Positions 11,442 to 22,065 of a stretch of DNA of 64,000 bases are shown in pieces. Made by a program: the position numbers and the translations under genes. Origin of the DNA: an uncultured Sulfurospirillum sp. (GTDB lineage: Bacteria; Campylobacterota; Campylobacteria; Campylobacterales; QNZT01); assembly GCA_964573205.1 (NCBI GenBank), contig CAZNIT010000047.1:777-64776 (forward strand), read 5' to 3'. The notes under the pieces were generated by a model. The model was not told where the DNA came from. It worked only from the letters and a program-made list of their open reading frames with translations, and made no database searches. Position 1 is the stretch's first letter. Each line of letters begins with the position of its first letter.

Positions 11442-12647
11442 CTATTCGTTTCTAAGAGTAGTCAATACATCAATCTGAGTAGCTTTTTTTGCCGGATAAT
11501 AAGAGGAAACAAGAACTATCGCAATAGCACCGACGATAATGGAGAAGAAATCGGTGGCGGATAGATCAAGAGGGAGTTTACTCGTTCCGTAAACATCGGC
11601 AGGAAGAGTTACTATATCAAAATGTCCAAGCAGATAAATTCCAAAAAGTCCCAAAAAAACGCCAAAAACTATTCCGGCTCCTCCGATAACGCAACCAAGC
11701 CAGAAAAAAGCTTTTTTTATCTCATCTTTTCCGGCTCCAAGAGAAAGCAAAAGAGCTATCTCTCTTCTTCTGTTCATAACAGTCATTAAAAGCGAACTGA
11801 CGATATTTAAAGAAGCGACTAAAATTATTAACATCAAAACGATAAAAAGGGCTTTCTTTTCCATCGCCATCGCCGAAAAGAGATTGCCGTTTTGCTGCCA
11901 CCACCCGACCGCTACAAGATATGGCGGTAAAAACTCTCTTATCTCTTTGATTTTTTGCATAGGGTTTTCGCAACTTACATGAATACCGTCATATCTGTCG
12001 CCCTCAACCTTCAATACCTTCGAAAGAGCCCGAATAGTCGTATAGATGTAAGCATTGTCGTACGCCTGCATACCCGATTGAAAACTCCCCTTATACCGAA
12101 AACGTTTCATCGTAGGCATAAGCGAAAATCCTCCCGGCTGTGATTGCGTAAAGATAAGCGTGACTTTTTCGTTCATATCCAGCATGAAGCTCTCGCTTAT
12201 GCCCTGCCCCGTTATGATCTCAAATCCGGATATATCTCTGTTTTCAACGGCTTTCGCGACTATAGAATTGATTTTGGCTTCGGCATTAAAATCGACACCG
12301 AAAACTACCGCACCCTCCATCTTTTCGCCCATTTTAACGATCGCTTGCGTATTTAGATACGGACTTAAAATAAGATCCGGAAACTTTCTCTTCAAAGCTA
12401 TAAGAGCGTATCGATCGATGTTTCTATTTTCTCGAGGCAATACGGTTATGGGATAACTCATAGTCGATATCTTCTCTTTGAACTCTTTAGAAGTACCGTT
12501 CATGATGGCCATAGCGATAATAAGTACCATAAGCCCGACAGAAACTCCCAAAAATGCGAGAATCGCACTTATAGTGATAAAGGGCTGACTCTTGTCAAAA
12601 CGCAAATACTTTTTTACTAGATAAAATACCAGTTTAGAAGAGCTCAA
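11442..12647 (-). CDS. lolE: Lipoprotein-releasing ABC permease LolC/E
   Basis: ISAILAFLGVSVG, AMAIMNG, LNIVSSLLMTVMNRRREIALLLSLGA and YYPAKKA. Confidence 0.9.
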   Translation of the reverse strand: MSSSKLVFYLVKKYLRFDKSQPFITISAILAFLGVSVGLMVLIIAMAIMNGTSKEFKEKISTMSYPITVLPRENRNIDRYALIALKRKFPDLILSPYLNTQAIVKMGEKMEGAVVFGVDFNAEAKINSIVAKAVENRDISGFEIITGQGISESFMLDMNEKVTLIFTQSQPGGFSLMPTMKRFRYKGSFQSGMQAYDNAYIYTTIRALSKVLKVEGDRYDGIHVSCENPMQKIKEIREFLPPYLVAVGWWQQNGNLFSAMAMEKKALFIVLMLIILVASLNIVSSLLMTVMNRRREIALLLSLGAGKDEIKKAFFWLGCVIGGAGIVFGVFLGLFGIYLLGHFDIVTLPADVYGTSKLPLDLSATDFFSIIVGAIAIVLVSSYYPAKKATQIDVLTTLRNE

Positions 12648-12659
12648 TCCGTTTTTTTC

Positions 12660-15299
12660 CTATTTATTTGCAAGAAGTCCTTTTTTAGGACCGCTCTTTC
12701 CGCAACAATGTTTATATTTTTTGCCGCTACCGCAAGGACAGGGATCGTTTCTTGCGATCTTTTTACTCCTTACCACACTCTCATGCTCGCTGTTTTGAGG
12801 CTCTAAAACGCTCTCTTTGTTCATCACCGCATCTTCCGCGGCGTTTTCCATCTCCTGAAGCATCTTCTGCATCGCTTCTTCACGCTCTTTCTCTTCACTT
12901 TCGTCTCTAAGCTGAATATTTTGAAGCATCTTGATGCTGTCGAACTTGATACGGTTGATAAGTTCTACAAAAAGACCGTAACTCTCTTTTTTATACTCGG
13001 TTAACGGATCTTTTTGGTTGTAACCTCTAAGCCCTATACCCGTTTTTAGCGTATCCATCTGATAAAGATGTTCTCTCCACGCGTTATCCACGGTTTGAAG
13101 ATAGATCAACTTTTCTATATCTCTTCTTTGTTTCTGATCAACGACCGACATTTTTTGTTCGTACATATCCGTTAGAATCTTTTCTATTTTATTTGCTATA
13201 TCTTCACTCTCAAGAGACTCGAAATCCTTTCGTTCGAACTCTATCAAAACCTCCTCTTTCAAAATAGCGATCAACTTATCTATATCGTACTCATCCTCGG
13301 ATATACCTTCGTAAATACCGGCTCTGGAGAGAAGATCGTCGATATACTCTTTTCTATTTTGAGCTATTTTGTCACTTAGATCAAACTCCGGATCGAGAAG
13401 TTCGTTTCTGTAAGCGTAGATCACTTTTCGCTGCTCGTTCGCCACATCGTCGTACTCTAAAATATGTTTTCTGGATTCATAATGAAGATTCTCGACCTTC
13501 TTTTGAGCGTTTTCAACGGCTCTTGTAACCATACCCGACTCGATATGCTCACCCTCTTCTATTCCGAGTCTCTCCATGATCGATTTTATCTTGTCGCTTC
13601 CGAATATCCGAAGAAGATTATCTTCGAGACTCAGATAAAACTGACTGGCTCCGGGATCTCCCTGACGACCGGATCTTCCTCTTAATTGGTTATCTATTCT
13701 TCTTGATTCGTGTCGTTCGGTTCCGAGTATGAAAAGACCTCCAAGTTCCCTGACTTCATCGTCGATCTTGATATCGACTCCCCGTCCGGCCATATTCGTA
13801 GCTACGGTAATCGCCCCTTTCTTACCGGCATCGGCGATAATCAAAGCTTCGCTTTCATGATTTTTAGCATTTAGCACCGAATGCGGGATTTTTTCCTTCT
13901 TCATCATCTCATGAAGAAGTTCGCTCTTTTCGATGGATGCGGTACCGATTAGAACAGGCTGTCCTTTTTGGTGCAGTTCCTTTATCTTGTTGATAACGGC
14001 TTCGAATTTCTCTCTCTCGCTTTTATATATAAGGTCGTTCAAATCTTTTCTCATCACCGGAACGTTCGTAGGTATTGAGATGACATCCAGTCCGTAAATT
14101 TGCGCAAACTCGGTAGCTTCTGTTTGAGCCGTTCCGGTCATTCCCGCCAATTTTTCATACATTCTAAAATAATTTTGAAAAGTGATGTCGGCTAAGGTCT
14201 GCGACTCCTCTTGAATTACGACGCCCTCTTTCGCCTCAAGCGCTTGATGAAGGCCTTCGCTGTATCTTCTGCCTTCACTCAATCGTCCCGTAAATTCATC
14301 GACGATTATCACCTCACCGTCTCTAACGACATAATCGACATCTTTTTCAAAAATATTTTGAGCTTTCAAAGCTTGATCGAGATGATGACTTAACGAAGCG
14401 TTTTCAAGACTGTATAGATTGTCAACGTTAAAAAGCTCTTCGGCTTTTTTGATACCCGACTCCGTTAAAGTTACCGTTCTATTTTTCTCATCCACGACAA
14501 AATCGCCGCTTTCTTGTTTAATTTCACCTTTTTCATCTTTTTGCGTCGCTCTTTTTAGTTGCTTCGCCACTTGATTGGCTTTGTGGTAGTTATCTAGCGT
14601 TCTGTTCGTGGGTCCCGAAATGATCAAAGGAGTTCTAGCCTCGTCGATCAAGATGGAATCGACCTCATCCACTATGACGAAGTTATGTTCCCTTTGCACC
14701 TTTTCGCTTAAGTCGTACTTCATGTTGTCTCTTAGATAATCAAAACCGAACTCGTTATTCGTTCCATAGGTAATGTCGGCATCATATTGCGCTTTTCTCA
14801 AAGCGTCATCTTGAATATCGTTCGTAATAACGCCGGTCGTATATCCTAAAAATTTATAAATACGTCCCATATCTTCGGCATCCCTTTTCGCCAGATAGTC
14901 GTTTACGGTCACAAGATGAACGCCTTTTTGAGTCATAGCGTTCAAAACGATCGCAAGCGAAGCGACAAGCGTTTTACCTTCACCGGTTTTCATTTCGGCG
15001 ATTTTTCCGTCATGCAAAACCATACCGCCGACCATCTGTACATCATAGTGTCTTAAGCCGGTGGTTCTTTTACTAACTTCTCTGGTTATGGCGAAAGAGT
15101 CGAATAAAACATCGTCCAAACTCTTTTGATTCTCTTGAACGCTCCGCTTCAATTTGGCGAAAGCATCTTTGAGCTCTTGGTCGCTCATCTTCTCGTATTT
15201 TGATTCAAGAGCGTTTATATTTTGGACTTTTTTTAGATATTGTTTGACTATTTTATCGTTTTTAGTACCGAACACCTTTTTTACGACCGAGGATATCAT
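12660..15299 (-). CDS. secA: Preprotein translocase ATPase SecA
   Basis: [48 protein letters not shown] and SEC-C motif [18 protein letters not shown]. Confidence 0.99.
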   Translation of the reverse strand: MISSVVKKVFGTKNDKIVKQYLKKVQNINALESKYEKMSDQELKDAFAKLKRSVQENQKSLDDVLFDSFAITREVSKRTTGLRHYDVQMVGGMVLHDGKIAEMKTGEGKTLVASLAIVLNAMTQKGVHLVTVNDYLAKRDAEDMGRIYKFLGYTTGVITNDIQDDALRKAQYDADITYGTNNEFGFDYLRDNMKYDLSEKVQREHNFVIVDEVDSILIDEARTPLIISGPTNRTLDNYHKANQVAKQLKRATQKDEKGEIKQESGDFVVDEKNRTVTLTESGIKKAEELFNVDNLYSLENASLSHHLDQALKAQNIFEKDVDYVVRDGEVIIVDEFTGRLSEGRRYSEGLHQALEAKEGVVIQEESQTLADITFQNYFRMYEKLAGMTGTAQTEATEFAQIYGLDVISIPTNVPVMRKDLNDLIYKSEREKFEAVINKIKELHQKGQPVLIGTASIEKSELLHEMMKKEKIPHSVLNAKNHESEALIIADAGKKGAITVATNMAGRGVDIKIDDEVRELGGLFILGTERHESRRIDNQLRGRSGRQGDPGASQFYLSLEDNLLRIFGSDKIKSIMERLGIEEGEHIESGMVTRAVENAQKKVENLHYESRKHILEYDDVANEQRKVIYAYRNELLDPEFDLSDKIAQNRKEYIDDLLSRAGIYEGISEDEYDIDKLIAILKEEVLIEFERKDFESLESEDIANKIEKILTDMYEQKMSVVDQKQRRDIEKLIYLQTVDNAWREHLYQMDTLKTGIGLRGYNQKDPLTEYKKESYGLFVELINRIKFDSIKMLQNIQLRDESEEKEREEAMQKMLQEMENAAEDAVMNKESVLEPQNSEHESVVRSKKIARNDPCPCGSGKKYKHCCGKSGPKKGLLANK

Positions 15300-15423
15300 C
15301 GTAGTAGATCCTTTATGTAAGTTATTTTGATTTTAACAAAAGTTTAATATTAATTTGCTAAAGTTGAGTTGTTATACTATATCGACTAATATGATATACA
15401 ATTTAATATTTATAAGGAAAACA

Positions 15424-15954
15424 TTGAAAAAGAGAGTATTTTTATTTCTTACATTCATGGGAAGCAGCCTTTTTTGCTCCGATCTCTCCAGACTCGAGAG
15501 TTTCGAATCGGATTTCAAGCAGATAATCACAAACGATCAAAATTCAAAAATCATATACAAAGGCAAACTCTATGCGAAAAAAGAGAAAAACCTCGCACTC
15601 TGGATATACACTTCACCGATAGACAAGAAGATCTATTACAGCGAAGGTAAAGTGGTTATAATAGAACCGGAATTAGAGCAAGCCATCTTCGCAAAACTCG
15701 ATAAAGTACCAAATATTCTGAGTCTTTTGAAAAAAGCCGAAAGAATCTCGAAAAATACCTACATTACCGCATTCAACAACACAAATTATAAAATCACTCT
15801 AAACGGCGATAAAATAGAGAAAATAACATACAAAGACGAACTTCAAAACAAAGTTACGATTCTCTTTTCTCATCAAAAAAGTAACGAACCGATCAAAAAC
15901 GACAAATTCGTCTATAAAATCCCCGGAGATTATGATATATTAAACCAAAAATAG
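15424..15954 (+). CDS. lolA: Outer-membrane lipoprotein chaperone LolA
   Basis: Signal peptide from TTG 15424 (SD AAGGA), SDFKQ, WIYTSP, IIEPELEQA; divergent from secA. Confidence 0.85.
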   Translation: MKKRVFLFLTFMGSSLFCSDLSRLESFESDFKQIITNDQNSKIIYKGKLYAKKEKNLALWIYTSPIDKKIYYSEGKVVIIEPELEQAIFAKLDKVPNILSLLKKAERISKNTYITAFNNTNYKITLNGDKIEKITYKDELQNKVTILFSHQKSNEPIKNDKFVYKIPGDYDILNQK

Positions 15955-15976
15955 ACGCTAACAAGCGTCTATTTTT
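15947..15976. terminator. Bidirectional terminator between lolA and ycbK
   Basis: AAAAATAGACGCT-AACA-AGCGTCTATTTTT between convergent genes. Confidence 0.8.
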
Positions 15977-15977
15977 A

Positions 15978-16562
15978 TTATCCTCTTCTCCAAGTTCTCA
16001 CTTCACCGACATCGATATGGATAAATCCTTTTTTGGGATAGTATCCGACTCCGCCTTTTTTGAGACTTACGGCGATATCTCTTAACTTTCTCAAAGGTAC
16101 GTCGGCAACATATATGTCAACCGCCTTACCTTCCATATGAAGCGAGTTTTTAGCTACATTTCTTCCGCCAAGCTGTCTTCTTAGCCAAGCATTGGTTTGC
16201 GGACTTCTATAGCCCGAGACGATGTTGAACTTTTTATCGATCCCTACATGAAGATTTATCTCATACATTAGGTTGATAAGCTCTATATCGATTCTAGTCA
16301 TCTCTCTGGCTCTAGTATCCATAAAAGCTTTGTTGATAGTAAAAAGACCGCTGATTTTGTAACTGTCTTTTTCGTAAAATTCCGCATAATAATCTTTTGA
16401 CTGGTGAATGGCGCGAAGTTTGAGTATCTTCTCTTCCTCGCTGTCAGCAAAAAGTTGTTGTTGTGAAACGATGGCAGTAGTAGCTAGAACCGCCGATTTT
16501 TTTAAAAAATTTCTTCTTGAAACTTCCATACCTTTAGCATTGCTAATTATATCAGTATCCAA
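15978..16562 (-). CDS. YcbK/MepK-like Tat-exported M15A peptidase (DUF882)
   Basis: Tat motif SRRNFLK; SGYRS..N, SLHMEGKAVD and GVGYYP..GFIHID. Confidence 0.88.
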   Translation of the reverse strand: MDTDIISNAKGMEVSRRNFLKKSAVLATTAIVSQQQLFADSEEEKILKLRAIHQSKDYYAEFYEKDSYKISGLFTINKAFMDTRAREMTRIDIELINLMYEINLHVGIDKKFNIVSGYRSPQTNAWLRRQLGGRNVAKNSLHMEGKAVDIYVADVPLRKLRDIAVSLKKGGVGYYPKKGFIHIDVGEVRTWRRG

Positions 16563-16692
16563 AAATACTCCTATTTTTGCCCGAAATCTCGGGCTGATTT
16601 ATAAAACGAAATGCAATTTTAACAGAAAAAAGTAAACAGATCAAGGAAAAAGTTAACTAAATTAATAAATTCAGCTCAAAATCAACTAAATT

Positions 16693-18390
16693 TCAACGCA
16701 TAGAGCTTGCCGCCACTTTGTCGTAACCGTAAACATCACTTCTGAAATTTACTCCGTTTTCATCTACCCAAGCGGTATAATAACGAATATAAACGGGAAC
16801 TCTCTCTTTCATCTGCAAAGAGCTGTTCTCACCTTTATCCAACATAGATTTGACGCTCTTATAAGGTTTTTGAAGAAAATTTTCAGATATGAATTCAAGC
16901 ATTTTTTGCGGACGATGTAGCCTTATACATCCATGACTATAAGCTCTTACCGTTTTTTTAAATAATTTTTTTTCATTCGTATCATGCATATATACGGCAT
17001 ATTTGTTCGGAAACATAAACTTCACGCGTCCAAGAGGATTGCCGGCACCGGGATCTCTTACTATGTTAAAAGGCAGATCACTATCTTCATCGTACTGATA
17101 CCAATCTATATCGAACGGGTCGATCTCCTTTCTATCTTTCGACCAACCGTCATACGCCTTGAAATTTCTCTCGCTTAGATAGTCGGGATCTTCTTGTAGT
17201 CTGGAAAGCATCTCCTTTTTGACGATCGACTGAGGAACGCTCCAAGTCGGATTTAGAACGACATATGACATATAAGCCTTGAAAATGGGCGTCGGATTCT
17301 TTTTGCTACCTACAACGACTCTCATTTGAAATAATTTCTGTTCACCGTCCATAAAGTACATCATAAACGAGGGAATATTTACGAACACATAAGGATAATC
17401 CATCCTATCTTTTTCCCATCTGGCTCTTTCAAGATTCAATTTAATGTTCGCCGCTCTTCTTGAAGCCGGTACGTTCAAAGCAATACGCGTATTTCTATCG
17501 AATCTACCGGTAGCTCTAAATCCCATTCGCTTTTGAAATTTTTTCAAAGCCTCTTTCAATTGAGCGTCAAATACCAGATATTCGTCGTCATAATAATCAA
17601 GATCGTCACTTTGAAAAAGTCTTTTTGCCAAAAGTCTTACCGCATTTCCCCTACTTCCTAGTTTCATACTAACAGCGGGTACCTTAACGAATCCGCCGTC
17701 GCTTACTATATTTTTATATTTATGATACGCTTCAAGCAGAGATTCGTAAATATGGTTACTTACCACTAGATCGTATAAACTTTGCTCAATTTGCATATTG
17801 CGTTTAACTTTCTTGAGCAAAGAGGCGGCGTCGAAAGATCCCAACGAGATATCCCAACTATATTTTACCTCTCTTTTCTCGCCGATCTCTTTTAATTTTT
17901 TTTTGAATTTTTTATAATCTATCAAACCTTCATGAAGATCTCTCGAGAGAGTAAAAAAAGCGTCGCTTAAAAGTATATCCAAAGCTATGGCGGCTAGATT
18001 TCGTTCTTTGTCGCTTTGATATGAATTGCTTTGAAACTCTTCATATAGAGACTTTATCTCTTCGTAATGATATCTTGACCTGTCAAGTCCTTCATCCTCC
18101 GATTTTTTGATAGCTTGAAGCATTTCGACTATGGAAAGCTCCGGTTCGTTAAAGCCGTTGAACCAAAACGTTCTATACTCTCTTTTCTCATAAAACTTCA
18201 AGATCTCTTTTTCACTTTTAAGATCCTGGGTACTGTAACTGCCGTATGTCTGCTGCAATAAAAGCCCGAGCATATAACTCTGTTTGGCCGCTACGGAGTT
18301 ACCGATATTACCAAGAGAGTTTACCCAGTCGGCTCTAATTGGAGATATCGATAAAAACAATAAACTCAAAAAGGTAATAATTTTGATCAT
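16693..18390 (-). CDS. L,D-transpeptidase, YcbB/LdtD type, with a peptidoglycan-binding domain
   Basis: LKKFQKRMG..ATG, VNIPSF, MRVVVG, NPLGRVKFMFPN and YMHDT...SHGCIR. Confidence 0.92.
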   Translation of the reverse strand: MIKIITFLSLLFLSISPIRADWVNSLGNIGNSVAAKQSYMLGLLLQQTYGSYSTQDLKSEKEILKFYEKREYRTFWFNGFNEPELSIVEMLQAIKKSEDEGLDRSRYHYEEIKSLYEEFQSNSYQSDKERNLAAIALDILLSDAFFTLSRDLHEGLIDYKKFKKKLKEIGEKREVKYSWDISLGSFDAASLLKKVKRNMQIEQSLYDLVVSNHIYESLLEAYHKYKNIVSDGGFVKVPAVSMKLGSRGNAVRLLAKRLFQSDDLDYYDDEYLVFDAQLKEALKKFQKRMGFRATGRFDRNTRIALNVPASRRAANIKLNLERARWEKDRMDYPYVFVNIPSFMMYFMDGEQKLFQMRVVVGSKKNPTPIFKAYMSYVVLNPTWSVPQSIVKKEMLSRLQEDPDYLSERNFKAYDGWSKDRKEIDPFDIDWYQYDEDSDLPFNIVRDPGAGNPLGRVKFMFPNKYAVYMHDTNEKKLFKKTVRAYSHGCIRLHRPQKMLEFISENFLQKPYKSVKSMLDKGENSSLQMKERVPVYIRYYTAWVDENGVNFRSDVYGYDKVAASSMR

Positions 18391-18439
18391 GAAGATTCTG
18401 TCTAATCCTAAATTTTATATACTAAATGTAATATTCTAG

Positions 18440-19348
18440 TTAATTTGTATTAAAGTTTTGCTTATTACAGTTAACAATCGCCGCACCCTCTCTCAAGCCG
18501 TCGTCTATTACCGTCAATTTTTCGTACCCGAAAAGATAAACTATCTCGTACAACAGTTTCACACCTGCTACTATCAACTCTTCTCTTCCGACTCCAACCC
18601 ATCTGATTCTCTCTTCTTTATCCATAGAAATCAACTTTCGCAAAGCATCTTTCATATCTTTACGACTTAACACGAATCCGTTTACTTTTCGATAATCGTA
18701 ATGCTCATAATCGATCCCGCTCAAAAAAGACGCTATCGTCGTCGGCGTTCCGGACGAGCCTATAAAAATATCCGGTTTTTTCTTTACGCTCTTTGCAAAC
18801 GATGCCAATTTCGCACACTCTCTTTTTATCCCTTTCTCAAGTTCTCGTAAACCGTACTTTTCGACGACTGTAACTATTCCGATATCGAAACTTTCGCAAA
18901 TGACTTCGTCTTCGTATTTAACGACAACTTCACATGAGCCTCCGCCAAGATCCAAAAGAATATAGCTCTTAGTATCCTGTTTCAGTTTTTTAAGTCTGTT
19001 TTCCACCGCTACTCTTGTATATTCGGCCTCCTTTTTCGAATCGATAATCTCAAAAAAAATCCCGGTTTTTGCGTAAATGGTCTCTATCACGAATGCGGCG
19101 TTTTTCGCCATTCTCAAAGCTGCGGTGGCGACGGCTTTGTAATTTGCGTTCTCGCAATCATCGAAATTTTTTTTCGCTTCCAAAATAGCTTCGATAACTC
19201 GATCTAGCGTCTTTTGCGATATCTCCCCTGCTGCTTCTATCCCTTGCGCCGTTTTGACGATCTTTTCGAACTCTTTTACTCTCTCTTTCGTTTTGCAATC
19301 AATCTTCACCACTCTTAAAGTGTTTGAACCCAAATCACACCCTAGCAT
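18440..19348 (-). CDS. Ppx/GppA phosphatase family protein
   Basis: CDLGSNTLR, VATAALR, LDLGGGSCE and DDGLREG. Confidence 0.9.
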   Translation of the reverse strand: MLGCDLGSNTLRVVKIDCKTKERVKEFEKIVKTAQGIEAAGEISQKTLDRVIEAILEAKKNFDDCENANYKAVATAALRMAKNAAFVIETIYAKTGIFFEIIDSKKEAEYTRVAVENRLKKLKQDTKSYILLDLGGGSCEVVVKYEDEVICESFDIGIVTVVEKYGLRELEKGIKRECAKLASFAKSVKKKPDIFIGSSGTPTTIASFLSGIDYEHYDYRKVNGFVLSRKDMKDALRKLISMDKEERIRWVGVGREELIVAGVKLLYEIVYLFGYEKLTVIDDGLREGAAIVNCNKQNFNTN

Positions 19349-19398
19349 TATCAACCTTTTGTTATAATCGGGCAATAATACAATACAAAAGGTTAGAA

Positions 19399-20181
19399 AT
19401 GTTACTCGGAGTCAATATAGACCATATCGCCGTTTTAAGAGAAGCCAGAAAAATCAACGATCCCGATCCTCTTGAGGCACTCTTCATAGCCGCTAGAGCC
19501 GGTGCCGACCAAATCACCATACACCTAAGAGAGGATCGTCGCCATATTCATGACGAAGACGTCAAAAGAATCATTCAAAACTCTCCGCTTCCCGTCAATC
19601 TGGAATGCTCCGTAGATCCCGACATCGTGGAAACGGTAGCTAAGCTCAGACCGCACCGAGCCACCTTCGTACCGGAAAAGAGAGAAGAGATCACTACCGA
19701 GGGAGGATTGCAGATGAATGAACCGAACTTCTCCAACCTCGACAAAGCGGTTCACTATCTAAAAGCCAAAGAGATAGAGACCTCTTTGTTTATAGATCCG
19801 ACAGACGAAGCGGTAAGAGGAGCTAAAACCATAGGCGTAGAATGGGTTGAGTTTCATACCGGCACTTACGCGAATATTTACGCGATGCTCTTTACGAACC
19901 TCTCAAAAACCAATCACAACATAAAAGAGTTGGATTTAGAGAGAAGCAAACTGAAAAAACTTCTAAAACAATCGCTTCAAAAGTTACGAAACGCTTGTGA
20001 ATATGCAGATGAATTCGGATTAAACATCGCGGCGGGACACGGGCTGAACTTTCAAAATGTCGTCGCTATTACGAAAATAGAAGGGATTAAAGAGTTGAAT
20101 ATCGGCCAAAGCATCATTGCCAGAAGCATCTATACCGGTCTTGAAAACTCCATAAAAGAGATGGTGGCTCTTATAAAATGA
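19399..20181 (+). CDS. pdxJ: Pyridoxine 5'-phosphate synthase
   Basis: LGVNIDHIAVLREAR, ITIHLREDRRHI, VPEKREEITTEGG and AAGHGL. Confidence 0.97.
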   Translation: MLLGVNIDHIAVLREARKINDPDPLEALFIAARAGADQITIHLREDRRHIHDEDVKRIIQNSPLPVNLECSVDPDIVETVAKLRPHRATFVPEKREEITTEGGLQMNEPNFSNLDKAVHYLKAKEIETSLFIDPTDEAVRGAKTIGVEWVEFHTGTYANIYAMLFTNLSKTNHNIKELDLERSKLKKLLKQSLQKLRNACEYADEFGLNIAAGHGLNFQNVVAITKIEGIKELNIGQSIIARSIYTGLENSIKEMVALIK

Positions 20182-21110
20182 AAATCGCCGTAAGCATCGG
20201 AGATCTAAACGGAGCGGGCATTGAAATTGCTCTTAGATCGCATAAGATCGTAAGCGAATTTTGCAACCCGATATATATGGTAAGCAATCGCATGTTGAAA
20301 GAGGCTTGCGAATTGTTAAGATTTCAAATACCGACCGATTTTGAAAATGTAGAAATAGGCGATGATTTCAAAATCACGCCCTCTCGCGTTACGGCCGAAA
20401 GCGGAAAATATTCATACGAATCATTTATAAAAGCTCTAACTTTTGCGAAAGAAAAAAAAGCGGACGGAATCTGCACGCTTCCCGTCAACAAAGAGGCTTG
20501 GGCGAAAGCGGGTATAAAATATAAAGGGCATACGGACGCACTAAAAGATATATTTAAAAAAGAGGCGATCATGATGATCGGTTGCGATAAACTTTTTACG
20601 GCTTTATATACTCACCACATACCGTTAAAAGAGGTTCCCTCAAAGATAGAAGCGAAAAAATTGAGCGAATTTATGTTAAATCTCTATAAAGAGATAAAAG
20701 AGGAGAAAATAGGGGTTTTGGGACTGAATCCCCATGCCGGTGACGGAGGAATTTTGGGCGTCGAAGAGAATACGATAAAAAAAGCGATCGAATATGTAAA
20801 TTCCAAACTGCTTGAAGAGGTGTTCGTAGGTCCACTTGTTCCTGATACGGCTTTTACTCCTCATATGAGGGAGAATATAAAGTATTTTGTATGTATGTAT
20901 CATGATCAAGCACTTATTGCGGTAAAAAGCCTCTATTTCGAAGAGAGTATTAACGTAAGCCTAAATCTTCCGATAATCAGAACAAGCGTCGATCATGGCA
21001 CGGCATACGATAAAGCATATAAAAATAAACCTCTATCGAACGTTAGCTACATAAATGCCCTAAAAGAAGCCGTACGACTTGTCAATAAAAGAAAAGAATT
21101 TAAAATATAA
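20178..21110 (+). CDS. pdxA: 4-hydroxythreonine-4-phosphate dehydrogenase
   Basis: SIGDLNGAGIE, GHTD, GLNPHAG, MYHDQ and RTSVDHGTAYD. Confidence 0.96.
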   Translation: MKIAVSIGDLNGAGIEIALRSHKIVSEFCNPIYMVSNRMLKEACELLRFQIPTDFENVEIGDDFKITPSRVTAESGKYSYESFIKALTFAKEKKADGICTLPVNKEAWAKAGIKYKGHTDALKDIFKKEAIMMIGCDKLFTALYTHHIPLKEVPSKIEAKKLSEFMLNLYKEIKEEKIGVLGLNPHAGDGGILGVEENTIKKAIEYVNSKLLEEVFVGPLVPDTAFTPHMRENIKYFVCMYHDQALIAVKSLYFEESINVSLNLPIIRTSVDHGTAYDKAYKNKPLSNVSYINALKEAVRLVNKRKEFKI

Positions 21111-21181
21111 ACTTTTTTTTTAATCAACGGTAAATAATTTTTATAATAACATTTAAGAATTTCATTATTGAAGGATAAATT

Positions 21182-21856
21182 ATGGGACTGCCCGCTTTTG
21201 ACCTGCCGATACCTCCTCTTGGAGTGGAGATTCCGCTTTTGATGCATCCCCCGCTAACGCATTTTGCCGTTGTTCTGCCTATTTTTATACTACTGCTTGA
21301 ACTTATAAATATAATTGTCAAAAGAAGAGGACTCACGGCTACGGCTTTTATCTTCTTCACACTTTTGATAGTTGTATATGTAGCGGCTTTTATTACCGGA
21401 AAAACTGACGCAAAAGAGGCTTTTGACATGCTGACGCAAAACGGACAAGATACTCTAAAAGAGCATAAACTAATAGGAATATATTTGATGCTCTCGACCG
21501 TGGTACTCGTGTTTGCCAAACTTTTTTCAATGGCGATCAAAAAATGGTGGATGAAACTTATATATCTTCTGATACTGACGGGTTTTGTCGCGGCCGTCCT
21601 CTATCAGGGAAAAGAGGGAGGAGAGTTGGTTTATAAACATGGAGCGAACGTCCAAAGAGTACAAGTTCTGGATGACAAAGTATTCGATCTTGAAGATCAG
21701 ATAGACGACTTGAAAAACCAAGAGAGTACGAAAGAGTCAAATAGTACCCTTACTTCAAAAGAGGATCAAAACGAAACATCTCCCGATCTAAACGATACGA
21801 GTTCAGCCGATAAAATGCTAAACAAGCTGATAAATTCGGCAAAAAATAAAGAGTAA
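21182..21856 (+). CDS. DUF2231-type membrane protein with a C-terminal coiled/low-complexity tail
   Basis: MHPPLTHFAVVLP, HKLIG and YQGKEGGELVYKHG. Confidence 0.7.
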   Translation: MGLPAFDLPIPPLGVEIPLLMHPPLTHFAVVLPIFILLLELINIIVKRRGLTATAFIFFTLLIVVYVAAFITGKTDAKEAFDMLTQNGQDTLKEHKLIGIYLMLSTVVLVFAKLFSMAIKKWWMKLIYLLILTGFVAAVLYQGKEGGELVYKHGANVQRVQVLDDKVFDLEDQIDDLKNQESTKESNSTLTSKEDQNETSPDLNDTSSADKMLNKLINSAKNKE

Positions 21857-22065
21857 CCCCTATTTTTCCCTCAAGAGATACGATGTAAATCATACCGATA
21901 CTTCGTATCTCCCCTTCTTTGTGTAAACTTATCATAATTGAAATTGATAAAAAATATTGCAAAAAAACATACAGTTGCCGATATAGATACTAAGAAATGA
22001 TTTATCTGTATATATTTTGATTTCAATATATATTAAATACAAATCAAACTCAACAAGGGAACGAA

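Noticed and set aside
21875-21911. GAGATACGA/TCGTATCTC hairpin with a 19-nt loop, and ORF 21750-21962
   Set aside because: Most simply a terminator-like element after the DUF2231 gene; the ORF overlaps that gene antisense and has no recognisable features.
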